A stretch of 64,000 nucleotides of DNA from positions 1-64,000 of IMG/VR virus record IMGVR_UViG_3300045600_000078; one strand, given 5' to 3'. This document shows, piece after piece, positions 1-7,905 of the stretch (its first letter is position 1; each line of letters opens with the position of its first letter). Source of the DNA: a virus. Under the pieces are notes generated by a model. That model did no database searches. It had not been told where the DNA came from and saw nothing but the letters and a program-made list of their open reading frames with translations. The translations under genes and the position numbers were made by a program.

Positions 1-870
1 TTCAATACTTCTAAAGTTACAGATATGAGTGAGATGTTTTCTGGTTGCCATCAGTTAACAAGTCTCGATCTTTCTAATTTCAATACTTCTAATGTTATCA
101 CCATGGAAGGTATGCTTGGCGACTGTTTTACGTTAACAAATCTTGATCTTTCTAAGTTTGATACTTCTAAAGTTACAGATATGAGTGAGATGTTTCAATA
201 TTGCAGGCTGCTAACAAGTCTCGATCTTTCTAATTTCAATACTTCTAATGTTACCAATATGAGTGAGATGTTTCAATATTGCAGGCTGCTAACAAGTCTT
301 AATATTTCTAATTTCAATACTTCTAAAGTTACAGATATGAGTGAGATGTTTTCTGGTTGCAGTCTGTTAACCAATCTTAATCTTTCTAAATTTGATACTT
401 CTAATGTTATCACCATGGAAGGTATGCTTGGCGACTGTTTTACGTTAACAAATCTTGATCTTTCTAAGTTTGATACTTCTAAAGTTACAGATATGAGTGA
501 GATGCTTTCTGGTTGCCATCAGTTAACAAGTCTCGATCTTTCTAATTTCAATACTTCTAATGTTACCACCATGGAAGGTATGTTTGGCGGCTGTTCTACG
601 TTAACAAGTCTCGATCTTTCTAATTTTAATACTTCTAATGTTACCAATATGAGTGAGATGTTTCAATATTGCAGGCTGCTAACAAGTCTTAATATTTCTA
701 AGTTCAATACTTCTAAAGTTACAGATATGAGTGAGATGCTTTCTGGTTGCCATCAGTTAACAAGTCTCGATCTTTCTAATTTCAATACTTCTAATGTTAC
801 CAATATGGAAGGTATGTTTGGCGGCTGTTCTACGTTAACAAGTCTCGATCTTTCTAATTTCAATACTTCA
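1..870 (+). repeat. Tandem 69-bp (23-codon) LRR-coding repeats, several near-identical at DNA level
   Basis: For example, nt 221-300 and 611-690 are identical except about one base. The 69-bp periodicity is visible throughout. Confidence 0.85.
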
Positions 871-1836
871 AAACTCGGAAATAGAAATAGTAGTATTTTT
901 TCATCTTGCGATGCATTACAGACTTTAGTGCTTGGCCCTAAGACAAAATTAACTGCTAGCTGGGATATTATACACGATACACTTACTTTTGTACGAAATT
1001 ATGTATCTTATACTCCTGATCAATTTTATGCTTTATCTACTGCTGGAACTCAGGCCGGAACCTGGTCAGTGAATATCACTCCAACAAAATTAACGTTATC
1101 GGTAAACCGAGAAGCAGAAGATTCTGCCCTGGCTATATATTCTGGTACGTATGATCACCGTAATGGAGATAAAGGTATTAACTTTTATATTTCAGAAAAA
1201 GACTTTTCTAGCGGTGTTCCAACGGGGGCTCCAACTCTTGTTAGCTCAAGCTCACCACAAGTAATTCCTGCATACGGATCAAAAACGTATATTTGTGCTG
1301 TCTTGGATACCGGGATAACTAAAGAATCTATAGTTTATACGCTAAGTGCTTTTAATTATATTATGGACGTTACCCCTGAGGGTAACGGAGTAGGCATAGG
1401 TCAAGTCGCAATAGCTAATAAATTTAGTGTTGGCTGGCCAACAGATGTAAACGGTGGAAATTTATCTGTAACCAACGGAACAGTAAACGTAAGTTCTCCA
1501 GTAACTATCGCCAATGGTGGAACTGGCTGTATGACAGCAGATGATCTTAGGTCGCTCATAATAAATTCTATTTATCCAGTTCGATCTTGTATCTGGATGC
1601 TTGATGGGATCAGCCCATCAAGTTCTGGATATCCTGGAACATGGACCCAAATTAATAACTATTATCTTTATGGCGGGAGCGGTAAAGTACTCGATGTTGT
1701 TGGAGGAAATACTGCTGACGGATCTAATGTTGATATTTATACACCTAACGGATCCAAAGCACAGCAATGGCGTTTAGTTACGGTAAACGGAACAGGTGTA
1801 GGCGGATCAATCGTTCTGTGGCAGCGTATTGCTTAA
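1..1836 (+). CDS. BspA-type leucine-rich-repeat protein with C-terminal ricin-type (QxW) lectin module; candidate receptor-binding/tail-fibre protein (5' end outside window)
   Basis: Frame is open from nt 1. At least 12 tandem ~23-aa repeats (DLSNFNTSNVTNMSEMF..C..LTSL) typical of LRR_5/BspA repeats. C-terminus GKVLDVVGGNTADGSNVDIYTPNGSKAQQWRL looks like a ricin B subdomain. Lies directly upstream of holin/endolysin. Confidence 0.75.
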   Translation, partial: FNTSKVTDMSEMFSGCHQLTSLDLSNFNTSNVITMEGMLGDCFTLTNLDLSKFDTSKVTDMSEMFQYCRLLTSLDLSNFNTSNVTNMSEMFQYCRLLTSLNISNFNTSKVTDMSEMFSGCSLLTNLNLSKFDTSNVITMEGMLGDCFTLTNLDLSKFDTSKVTDMSEMLSGCHQLTSLDLSNFNTSNVTTMEGMFGGCSTLTSLDLSNFNTSNVTNMSEMFQYCRLLTSLNISKFNTSKVTDMSEMLSGCHQLTSLDLSNFNTSNVTNMEGMFGGCSTLTSLDLSNFNTSKLGNRNSSIFSSCDALQTLVLGPKTKLTASWDIIHDTLTFVRNYVSYTPDQFYALSTAGTQAGTWSVNITPTKLTLSVNREAEDSALAIYSGTYDHRNGDKGINFYISEKDFSSGVPTGAPTLVSSSSPQVIPAYGSKTYICAVLDTGITKESIVYTLSAFNYIMDVTPEGNGVGIGQVAIANKFSVGWPTDVNGGNLSVTNGTVNVSSPVTIANGGTGCMTADDLRSLIINSIYPVRSCIWMLDGISPSSSGYPGTWTQINNYYLYGGSGKVLDVVGGNTADGSNVDIYTPNGSKAQQWRLVTVNGTGVGGSIVLWQRIA

Positions 1837-1866
1837 TCATAGTATTATCAAACGAAAGGGATCATC

Positions 1867-2145
1867 ATGGATATTTCATTTCTCACAAGCTATCTCGTTC
1901 CTGTTATCGTTGGTATCTGCCTTTGTGTTGGCTATGTCCTTCACGATGTGGTTACCAGTGACAAGGTTAATAAGTTTATTCCGGCTATTATGGCGGCACT
2001 TGGAATTGTTATTGCTATTTGGGTCAATGGTACTGTGACCCCAGATATTGCTCTTGCTGGTATGTTTAGCGGTCTCGCTTCGACGGGCATGTATGAGCTG
2101 TTTAAGCAGCTTATCTCGAACACTAACGCCGCTAAGACTGAGTAG
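1867..2145 (+). CDS. Holin (Hol44/superfamily-V-like, 2-3 TM)
   Basis: 92 aa with hydrophobic helices (YLVPVIVGICLCVGYVL, IPAIMAALGIVIAIWV, ALAGMFSGLASTGMY) and a polar C-tail. Located upstream of the endolysin. Confidence 0.6.
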   Translation: MDISFLTSYLVPVIVGICLCVGYVLHDVVTSDKVNKFIPAIMAALGIVIAIWVNGTVTPDIALAGMFSGLASTGMYELFKQLISNTNAAKTE

Positions 2146-2262
2146 AATTACCTTTTATATTTAACTACTCTTTTTAAAAAGGAGGTGCATCATGGCTAAG
2201 AAAAAGAAGAAGGGCTGTGGCCGTTAAATAGTACTCCGTAATTTATATTTTTAGGACTTCTC

Positions 2263-2433
2263 ATGACTGAGGAACAAGCTAGTATATGTCCTTTGTGTGG
2301 TAGGCCATCAATCGTTGAAAAAAGAGAGTTTGACAGGAATGCAGGATTAAAGGTGGTTACCTTTTACTGCTTCTTTTGCAAAAAACGTAGAACTGTTTAT
2401 ATTTCAGAAGAGTCAAACGAAAGGCAGGGGTGA
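2263..2433 (+). CDS. Small zinc-ribbon protein (56 aa, below ORF-track cutoff)
   Basis: Own translation: MTEEQASICPLCGRPSIVEKREFDRNAGLKVVTFYCFFCKKRRTVYISEESNERQG, with CxxC...CxxC. Weak RBS. Confidence 0.35.
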   Translation: MTEEQASICPLCGRPSIVEKREFDRNAGLKVVTFYCFFCKKRRTVYISEESNERQG

Positions 2434-2435
2434 CC

Positions 2436-2555
2436 ATGTCTGATCCTAATTTTAGCGAGGCCGATATTCTGAAGTCTGCCTGCGATCAGGGTAATACCGA
2501 TGGCGATGGGCCTTCGGATTCCGAGGTTAAGACCGGTGATACTGATGGCAAGTAG
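2436..2555 (+). CDS. Small acidic leader ORF (39 aa) overlapping the endolysin start; paralog of 41733..41840
   Basis: MSDPNFSEADILKSACDQGNTDGDGPSDSEVKTGDTDGK. The motif DGDGP(S/D)D.EVK is shared with the ORF upstream of the second CHAP lysin. The lysin ATG is embedded in its last codons. Confidence 0.45.
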   Translation: MSDPNFSEADILKSACDQGNTDGDGPSDSEVKTGDTDGK

Positions 2556-4071
2556 AGACGCATTTCTTCAGACCGCGTCAGGAGAAGTTGGATATTCTCG
2601 TTGGAATGATCCTGAGGCAGGCACCAAGTACGGACGATGGTATAGGGATAATGTCGACTCGAATCCATATTACGGAGAGAGTGGGACTCCTTATTGTGCT
2701 ATGTTCGTATCTTGGTGTGCTGCCCAGGTTGGAATGTCTATGCCAGGTCTTCCTGGCGCGTATGTTCCTTGGGTTCTCAATGCTTGCCGAGATGCTGGGT
2801 CGCTCGTCTATAATGAAGACGGGCAGCCTGGAGACCCCATTATGTTTGACTGGAACGGTGACGGTAATCCGGATCACATCGGCATTTGCGAAGTGAACCA
2901 TCCTAGCGAGCACTATATGGAGACTATCGAGGGCAATACCAATAATGGTTGTGTTGCCCGTCGTACTCGGTCATATTCTAATATTATTGGGTGCGCTCGT
3001 CCTTCTTGGGATGGATCTACACCAGCCCCACAGCCTACGCCTGCTCCGGAAGAGCAGCAGGCTATGAACGGGATTGATATTTATTCTGGTGAAGGGGATA
3101 ACGGAATAAATATAAGTCAAGTAAAGGGAGATTTTGTCATTATCAAGGCTACCCAGGGTACGAACTATGTTAATCCATATTTTAGCCGCTGGGTAAACGA
3201 TGTGCCTAATTCTGGAAAGAAGCTTGGTATTTATCACTATGCTTCTGGCGGAAATGCTACGGACGAAGCAAATCATTTTTGTGATGTAATCGGATCCACA
3301 AAGGGACTTCTCGCCCTTGACTGGGAGAGTAATGCTGGCAATGGAGAAAATCCGGTATTTAATTCGGGTAACGATGCCAATTGGATTGCTGAGTTTCGTA
3401 ATCAGGTCCATGCACGTACTGGTGTTTGGGCTCTTGTTTACACTTCTAGAGCATATATTGGCAACACCGGGGTTAGCTCAAATTATCTTTGGGTTGCCCA
3501 GTATGGATATTCTGATCAGGGTCTTACCGACTATCGAGACTCGCCTAAGTTCGAAGGGCAGTTTGATTGCGCTATTCGCCAGTATGCTAGCGATGCTCAT
3601 ATTCCTGGCTATGGCGGAGAACTTGATATTAACAAGGCATATTTTAGCCCAGATCGGTGGGATCAGTATGCCAATGGTGCTGGGATTCAGCCTGATACGC
3701 CATCGGAAAACACCATTTCTGAGGATGGCTACGCTGGAAGTGCGACTATCTACTTAGCCCAGGCAGAGGCTAAGGCTAAAGGGTATAATGCTATGACTGA
3801 TGGCTGCGTATCTGGCCAGGTTGACTGGGTTCTCAATCAGCCTGGTATTCGTAATACTCAGAATGGTGTTTGGCTTCGTGGTAATGACGGGTCGCTTCTT
3901 GTTATGGCTATTCAGCATGTACTCGGAGTCGAAGAAGACGGATTCTTCGGTCCTGACACGTGGCATGCTCTCGAGGCTCGTGAAGGAAGCTGCATCGATA
4001 ATACCATTGAAGCTCCAAGCTGCACAATTCAGAAGTGGCAGCACGAGCTTAATCAAGGAACATTCTTTTAA
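2545..4071 (+). CDS. Endolysin: CHAP peptidase/amidase + GH25 muramidase + PG_binding_1-like C-terminal domain
   Basis: CHAP: GYSRWNDPEAGTKYGRWY, YCAMFVSWC, PDHIGICE. GH25: NGIDIYSGEG..DFVIIKATQGTNYVNPYF..LGIYHYA..LDWE. C-terminus: VEEDGFFGPDTWHALEA. Start moved to ATG 2545, which gives the same 15-aa N-terminus length as paralog 41824. Confidence 0.9.
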   Translation: MASRDAFLQTASGEVGYSRWNDPEAGTKYGRWYRDNVDSNPYYGESGTPYCAMFVSWCAAQVGMSMPGLPGAYVPWVLNACRDAGSLVYNEDGQPGDPIMFDWNGDGNPDHIGICEVNHPSEHYMETIEGNTNNGCVARRTRSYSNIIGCARPSWDGSTPAPQPTPAPEEQQAMNGIDIYSGEGDNGINISQVKGDFVIIKATQGTNYVNPYFSRWVNDVPNSGKKLGIYHYASGGNATDEANHFCDVIGSTKGLLALDWESNAGNGENPVFNSGNDANWIAEFRNQVHARTGVWALVYTSRAYIGNTGVSSNYLWVAQYGYSDQGLTDYRDSPKFEGQFDCAIRQYASDAHIPGYGGELDINKAYFSPDRWDQYANGAGIQPDTPSENTISEDGYAGSATIYLAQAEAKAKGYNAMTDGCVSGQVDWVLNQPGIRNTQNGVWLRGNDGSLLVMAIQHVLGVEEDGFFGPDTWHALEAREGSCIDNTIEAPSCTIQKWQHELNQGTFF

Positions 4072-4085
4072 CTAAGGTCTTTTGA

Positions 4086-4289
4086 ATGAAAACTGCGTGG
4101 AAAAGCATAGACGAACGTGACGAAGTGTCTATTTGCATAAAGAAGCATGACTGCCCCAGCTGCGATCATAATAACCATTGCCCAATCCTTGACAATGCAA
4201 TTATGTATCATCCTGGAGAATGGGTCATCGTGTATAACACAAGAAAACCACTTCGTGGTGTATGCAAAAACAAGCTAATCAGTGCTTGA
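4086..4289 (+). CDS. Hypothetical Cys-rich protein (67 aa)
   Basis: ORF with CPSCDHNNHC motif; weak RBS. Confidence 0.4.
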   Translation: MKTAWKSIDERDEVSICIKKHDCPSCDHNNHCPILDNAIMYHPGEWVIVYNTRKPLRGVCKNKLISA

Positions 4290-4340
4290 TTTAGCAAATC
4301 AAAATGAGAGTATATCTGGGCAAAAAGGAGACCATATCTA

Positions 4341-4727
4341 ATGGATGCAGCCATTGCACAGATAATTCACGATTTTTTCTCTCCAACTATCGAGCATCTT
4401 TTAGAGTATTTCTCAGTTGCAGGAATACTTTGGGTTGTTAAGGAAATGAAAAATCTCATAACATCTGTACAAGCCATGAAAGATGGTCAGGTCTCCTCTT
4501 GGCGTATGCAGATAGTTAGCGCATGCAAAGAAGGAGAGCGGCAAGGCTGGATGGACGACGAAGAGCGTCGAAGCCTTGGCGAGTTGTATGACGCTTATAA
4601 GGCAGCTAATGCCGATGGAATTATTGATGGGTATATGGAGCGTAATAAAGCTCTTCCATGTGTCCCTAGAGAAAACAATATCTCCCTCGATGGGAAAAAG
4701 AACGATGTGGATTATCTTCATGGGTAA
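4341..4727 (+). CDS. Hypothetical protein with one hydrophobic segment (128 aa)
   Basis: RBS AAAGGAG; segment YFSVAGILWVV; no recognisable domain. Confidence 0.5.
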   Translation: MDAAIAQIIHDFFSPTIEHLLEYFSVAGILWVVKEMKNLITSVQAMKDGQVSSWRMQIVSACKEGERQGWMDDEERRSLGELYDAYKAANADGIIDGYMERNKALPCVPRENNISLDGKKNDVDYLHG

Positions 4728-4743
4728 ATAGAAAGGGGCCACT

Positions 4744-5262
4744 ATGGATGACACGACTAAGTCTGCTAAGATTCTTGCAGATACAGTTAAGATCTCTTCT
4801 AATAGCGATTCCGAATGTACTAACGCCGATAAGTCTACGGATTCAGAAGTTTCTGACCCAGCGTCGACTCCGGTTAAGAGTGTTTCTAAGACCAGCAAAC
4901 CATCGGGGCTTACGGTTACCGGTCTGTTTGATAAGCCTACTATTTCGCTCGCTCAGAAGCAAGCAAATGTTCCAGTTACGGGGACGATCGTTGGTCAGCC
5001 CGAAGAGGTTATGGCTCTTCCTGGAATTAAGGCTGTCAAAGATGTTTGGTCTATGGGCACAGACGATGTTTCTAGTGATCCTCTTATCGAGGCAATTCAG
5101 GAAGTTATCGGTGCTTCAAAGACTGGTATATTTGACTACGATACCCTTCATATGTTTGAGATTCGTTACGGAATGATCATTTCAAATGATTTTGCAGCTC
5201 CTTGTGAGTTCATCAAGCGGTGGCAGGATGAACTTAATGCTAAGGAGTTCTTCCGTGGATAA
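4744..5262 (+). CDS. Stand-alone peptidoglycan-binding-like domain protein with low-complexity N-terminus
   Basis: C-terminus IGASKTGIFDYDTLHMFE...APCEFIKRWQDELNAKEFF parallels the endolysin C-terminus GVEEDGFFGPDTWHALE...APSCTIQKWQHELNQGTFF. Confidence 0.5.
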   Translation: MDDTTKSAKILADTVKISSNSDSECTNADKSTDSEVSDPASTPVKSVSKTSKPSGLTVTGLFDKPTISLAQKQANVPVTGTIVGQPEEVMALPGIKAVKDVWSMGTDDVSSDPLIEAIQEVIGASKTGIFDYDTLHMFEIRYGMIISNDFAAPCEFIKRWQDELNAKEFFRG

Positions 5263-5377
5263 ACTGGATATTGTATTTTGTATAGCCACAATAGGATTTA
5301 TTGTAGCATGGATCTATTTATCTTATAGGTTCCCTATAAAAAAGGATCCCCCGCATGATAGGTCCAACCAGTTATGA
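5255..5377 (+). CDS. Small membrane protein (40 aa, GTG start)
   Basis: AAGGAG lies 7 nt upstream of the GTG. Start overlaps the upstream stop (GTGGATAA) and the stop overlaps the next ATG (ATGA). TM segment IVFCIATIGFIVAWIYL. Confidence 0.35.
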   Translation: MDKLDIVFCIATIGFIVAWIYLSYRFPIKKDPPHDRSNQL

Positions 5378-5562
5378 GACCTAAGAAAATTATGTGGACC
5401 GGCTATATCTATATTGGTTCTTGCAAAACAGCAGATCCAGATTATGTCATAACTGCCTCTTCGTATAGAAATTTAAAGAATTGGATTGTGGCACATATCA
5501 ATAGTGCAAAGATGGTGTTTGACGAGCCACACTGCAAGATTGATATTTTGTTGGGTGAGTGA
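5374..5562 (+). CDS. Hypothetical protein (62 aa)
   Basis: ORF translationally coupled by ATGA to the upstream small ORF. Confidence 0.4.
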   Translation: MRPKKIMWTGYIYIGSCKTADPDYVITASSYRNLKNWIVAHINSAKMVFDEPHCKIDILLGE

Positions 5563-5578
5563 GGCTTAGAATTTAAAA

Positions 5579-5614
5579 ATAGGGGGCGTGTTTATACATG
5601 CCCTCTATTTTTTT
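5579..5614 (+). terminator. Intrinsic terminator
   Basis: ATAGGGGGC/GCCCTCTAT stem (one G.U) followed by a T7 run. Confidence 0.6.
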
Positions 5615-5617
5615 CTT

Positions 5618-5646
5618 TTCGCAAAAGTAGCATGTACTCTAATGAG
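5618..5646 (+). promoter_or_regulatory. Tripartite promoter-like motif, copy 1
   Basis: TTCGCA aaagtag CAT gtac TCTAAT GAG. Confidence 0.55.
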
Positions 5647-5651
5647 AAAGG

Positions 5652-5680
5652 GTGGAGTACATCCACTTTATTTTTTTTAT
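5652..5680 (+). terminator. Promoter-proximal hairpin + U-tract (attenuator or 5' stabiliser candidate)
   Basis: GTGGA gtaca TCCAC followed by TTTATTTTTTTT, beginning about 6 nt after the motif. Confidence 0.45.
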
Positions 5681-5710
5681 TAATAGAATTAAATAGAAGG
5701 AGTTGATCTT

Positions 5711-5905
5711 ATGCTAACATGTATTGCTATTCTGATTGCTTGCTGTTTTATAGGACTTTTCTTTTATATTTTTGTGGGGGCATTTCGAGTACTCTTTTGG
5801 GGGGCATTGTCCTTCTGCGGGCTTCTGGTGTTTTTTGTGCCTGCTATATTTTTTGCTTTGCTGCTTATTGGATTAATTTATCTTCTTTATAAGAATAAGG
5901 AGTAA
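5711..5905 (+). CDS. Small polytopic membrane protein (64 aa)
   Basis: RBS AAGGAG; almost entirely hydrophobic sequence. Confidence 0.55.
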   Translation: MLTCIAILIACCFIGLFFYIFVGAFRVLFWGALSFCGLLVFFVPAIFFALLLIGLIYLLYKNKE

Positions 5906-5910
5906 TCTGT

Positions 5911-6219
5911 ATGCAATCAGATAAAAAACAGCCATCATCTATACTGGTACCTATTATAGGGATAATAGCAATACTTATATTTTTAGTTCTCTCTAGATTT
6001 CCTGGGAGGGAGTATGTGTCGATAGACATACTCACTTCAAATGATGCCTCACAATTAGCCGAAACTGATGGTTCAGACTATTACTCTTGGTATGATTGGG
6101 ACCGTTTTAGTGGGAAAGTATATTTGCTTACCAGAAGCCAATCTGGGTCGATATCAGTTGCCGATGCGTATGGTCCATTCGGCGGAGAACTCTTTGTTAA
6201 AGATCTGCCTAAGCAATAG
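5911..6219 (+). CDS. Membrane-anchored hypothetical protein (102 aa)
   Basis: RBS AAGGAG; N-terminal TM ILVPIIGIIAILIFLVL. Confidence 0.55.
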   Translation: MQSDKKQPSSILVPIIGIIAILIFLVLSRFPGREYVSIDILTSNDASQLAETDGSDYYSWYDWDRFSGKVYLLTRSQSGSISVADAYGPFGGELFVKDLPKQ

Positions 6220-6242
6220 GTTAATTAACTAGGAGGAATGCT

Positions 6243-6497
6243 ATGTTTTTTAGAAATTTTAGGCTTTTGCTTATTAAGGAATACAACGTTAAGATCGTTC
6301 CTCGTTCAGATTCAGTCCTTACCCCGGCACTAATTGAAACCGTGCTTAACAATAATGATATTTTCTATCAAATGTATCCTCGAGTTAGTACAAATGACTT
6401 GTACCGATGCACTATTTGGTGCAAGGAAAAGCAGTTTAATTCGTTTAAGCGAGAGCTTAGGGCTATTCATAAGAACATCACAATTAAGACAAATTAG
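6243..6497 (+). CDS. Hypothetical protein (84 aa)
   Basis: RBS AGGAGG 6 nt upstream. Confidence 0.5.
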   Translation: MFFRNFRLLLIKEYNVKIVPRSDSVLTPALIETVLNNNDIFYQMYPRVSTNDLYRCTIWCKEKQFNSFKRELRAIHKNITIKTN

Positions 6498-6573
6498 TCA
6501 TATTTGCTGCTCTGTGAGAGGCGTTTTAAGCCCTTAGAATTTTTTATATGGGTAAATAGACCTAGTATAAATG

Positions 6574-6602
6574 AACGCAATTATGACATGGCCTATAACG
6601 GA
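6574..6602 (+). promoter_or_regulatory. Tripartite promoter-like motif, copy 2
   Basis: AACGCA attatga CAT ggcc TATAAC GGA. Confidence 0.45.
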
Positions 6603-6628
6603 GGTAAAATCCAACGAAAGGAGTATTT

Positions 6629-6910
6629 ATGCTGTTCAGTAACGATAATTCTGAGAAGAATGAGGCACTAGAAAGGCAGTACAAGCTTTTGGCGGATGCT
6701 GAGCCCGGTTCTGAGGAGGCTTTGAGGATTGCCAACACCATTGAAACTTTGGAGAAGTCTGATACATATAGACTTCGACTTAGTCCAGATGCAGTGTTTG
6801 GTGGTCTGATGAGTCTCGGAGGAATCGTTCTCATCGTTCTCGCTGAGGGCAAGGATGTGTTTCTGAGTGGGACTAAAGCTTGGAATAATGTTCCGAGGCC
6901 TAAGATCTAA
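6629..6910 (+). CDS. Small C-terminally anchored membrane protein (93 aa)
   Basis: Motif promoter + RBS AAAGGAG; TM FGGLMSLGGIVLIVLA. Confidence 0.55.
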   Translation: MLFSNDNSEKNEALERQYKLLADAEPGSEEALRIANTIETLEKSDTYRLRLSPDAVFGGLMSLGGIVLIVLAEGKDVFLSGTKAWNNVPRPKI

Positions 6911-6930
6911 TTAGCGGATTTATCTTTAAA

Positions 6931-6967
6931 GTTAAGAGTCTAACACGGACTCTTAACTTTTATATTT
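6931..6967 (+). terminator. Terminator hairpin, conserved-loop class
   Basis: GTTAAGAGTC [TAACACG] GACTCTTAAC followed by TTTTATATTT. Confidence 0.65.
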
Positions 6968-6992
6968 ATTAACGTTAAAAGGAGTTATGCCA

Positions 6993-7331
6993 ATGGACCC
7001 TGTTTATGTTAAATTTAACGGTAGTGACTCTTTTAAAGGCGTTTCTAACAAAGAATTTGAAGCGCGTAGAACTGCAAAGACTATAGTGTATACCACTTTG
7101 GTGTTTCTTAACTCTGATAAGAGTACAAGAACCGTAATACTATTTTCTGACAAAGATATTTTGGATTTTAATGACACGGAGTGTCTCTCACCGATTGATC
7201 AATTGGCGGCTTCTTATTTTTTGTATGTTACGAGCCTTACTGGAGCAGTATATTACAAATTTGGAAGCTATTATTGTGATAGCTATAGTCCAGAGATCTT
7301 GCTATTAGCAGGCCCATTTTCGCATAAATAG
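6993..7331 (+). CDS. Hypothetical protein (112 aa)
   Basis: Second ATG chosen because GGAG lies 8 nt upstream. The 3' end contains promoter-motif copy 3. Confidence 0.5.
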   Translation: MDPVYVKFNGSDSFKGVSNKEFEARRTAKTIVYTTLVFLNSDKSTRTVILFSDKDILDFNDTECLSPIDQLAASYFLYVTSLTGAVYYKFGSYYCDSYSPEILLLAGPFSHK

Positions 7332-7347
7332 CATGGGTTATAATGAA
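7319..7347 (+). promoter_or_regulatory. Tripartite promoter-like motif, copy 3
   Basis: TTCGCA taaatag CAT gggt TATAAT GAA; overlaps the stop codon of the upstream gene. Confidence 0.55.
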
Positions 7348-7373
7348 GGTAAAAACCTATGAAAGGAGTAGAT

Positions 7374-7505
7374 ATGATTATTATCTGTGCATTGGCTCTT
7401 CTCGGGCTTTTGGTAGTAATCGGCGGTGTCCAAATTTTGGCGGTCACTTGGCCGATTCTGCTGATAGCTGTAGGGATCAATGGGCTTATTAAGAAATTTA
7501 ATTGA
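7374..7505 (+). CDS. Small two-TM membrane protein (43 aa, not in ORF track)
   Basis: Own translation MIIICALALLGLLVVIGGVQILAVTWPILLIAVGINGLIKKFN. RBS AAAGGAG. Flanked by a motif promoter and a conserved-loop hairpin. Confidence 0.5.
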   Translation: MIIICALALLGLLVVIGGVQILAVTWPILLIAVGINGLIKKFN

Positions 7506-7528
7506 TATTTCTTATGGGCAAAGCCTTT

Positions 7529-7560
7529 AAAGGAGGGGTCCTAACAAGGATTCTTCCTTT
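7529..7560 (+). terminator. Terminator hairpin, conserved-loop class
   Basis: AAAGGAGGGGTC [CTAACAAG] GATTCTTCCTTT. Three G.U pairs mean it folds only as + strand RNA. Confidence 0.55.
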
Positions 7561-7589
7561 TTCGCAGGTATGGCATTCTCTATAATGAG
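7561..7589 (+). promoter_or_regulatory. Tripartite promoter-like motif, copy 4
   Basis: TTCGCA ggtatgg CAT tctc TATAAT GAG. Confidence 0.6.
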
Positions 7590-7618
7590 ATCTATACCAA
7601 TTTTTGAAAGGAGTTACT

Positions 7619-7807
7619 ATGGATAGATTCGGAGAAAAGGTTATATTTGTCATTGGACATGCTGCTCTGTTCGAGGTTGGGGCTGCTTGCGAAATAGTGT
7701 CTGCTATAGGAGACTATGCCGCACGGACGCTTCCGAAGGTTCAGAAAGCATATCATGACGCATTTGACCCAGATCCAGAGTCAGAAGAGTCTTCTTCAGA
7801 AGAGTAG
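7619..7807 (+). CDS. Small protein with hydrophobic N-half and acidic tail (62 aa)
   Basis: RBS AAAGGAG 5 nt upstream of ATG 7619. Confidence 0.55.
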   Translation: MDRFGEKVIFVIGHAALFEVGAACEIVSAIGDYAARTLPKVQKAYHDAFDPDPESEESSSEE

Positions 7808-7817
7808 ATTCTCAAAG

Positions 7818-7849
7818 GCTATGAATTCTCACAAGGATTCATAGCTTTT
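7818..7849 (+). terminator. Terminator hairpin, conserved-loop class
   Basis: GCTATGAAT [TCTCACAAGG] ATTCATAGC followed by TTTT. Confidence 0.6.
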
Positions 7850-7876
7850 CGCAGGCATAACATCTTCTATAATGAG
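7848..7876 (+). promoter_or_regulatory. Tripartite promoter-like motif, copy 5
   Basis: TTCGCA ggcataa CAT cttc TATAAT GAG. Confidence 0.6.
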
Positions 7877-7905
7877 GGTTAAAACTACGACGAAAGGAAG
7901 ATATT

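Noticed and set aside
1-1836. Diversity-generating retroelement targeting the LRR/lectin protein
   Set aside because: The window has no reverse transcriptase and no template repeat with adenine-specific mismatches. The repeat variation is ordinary cassette divergence.
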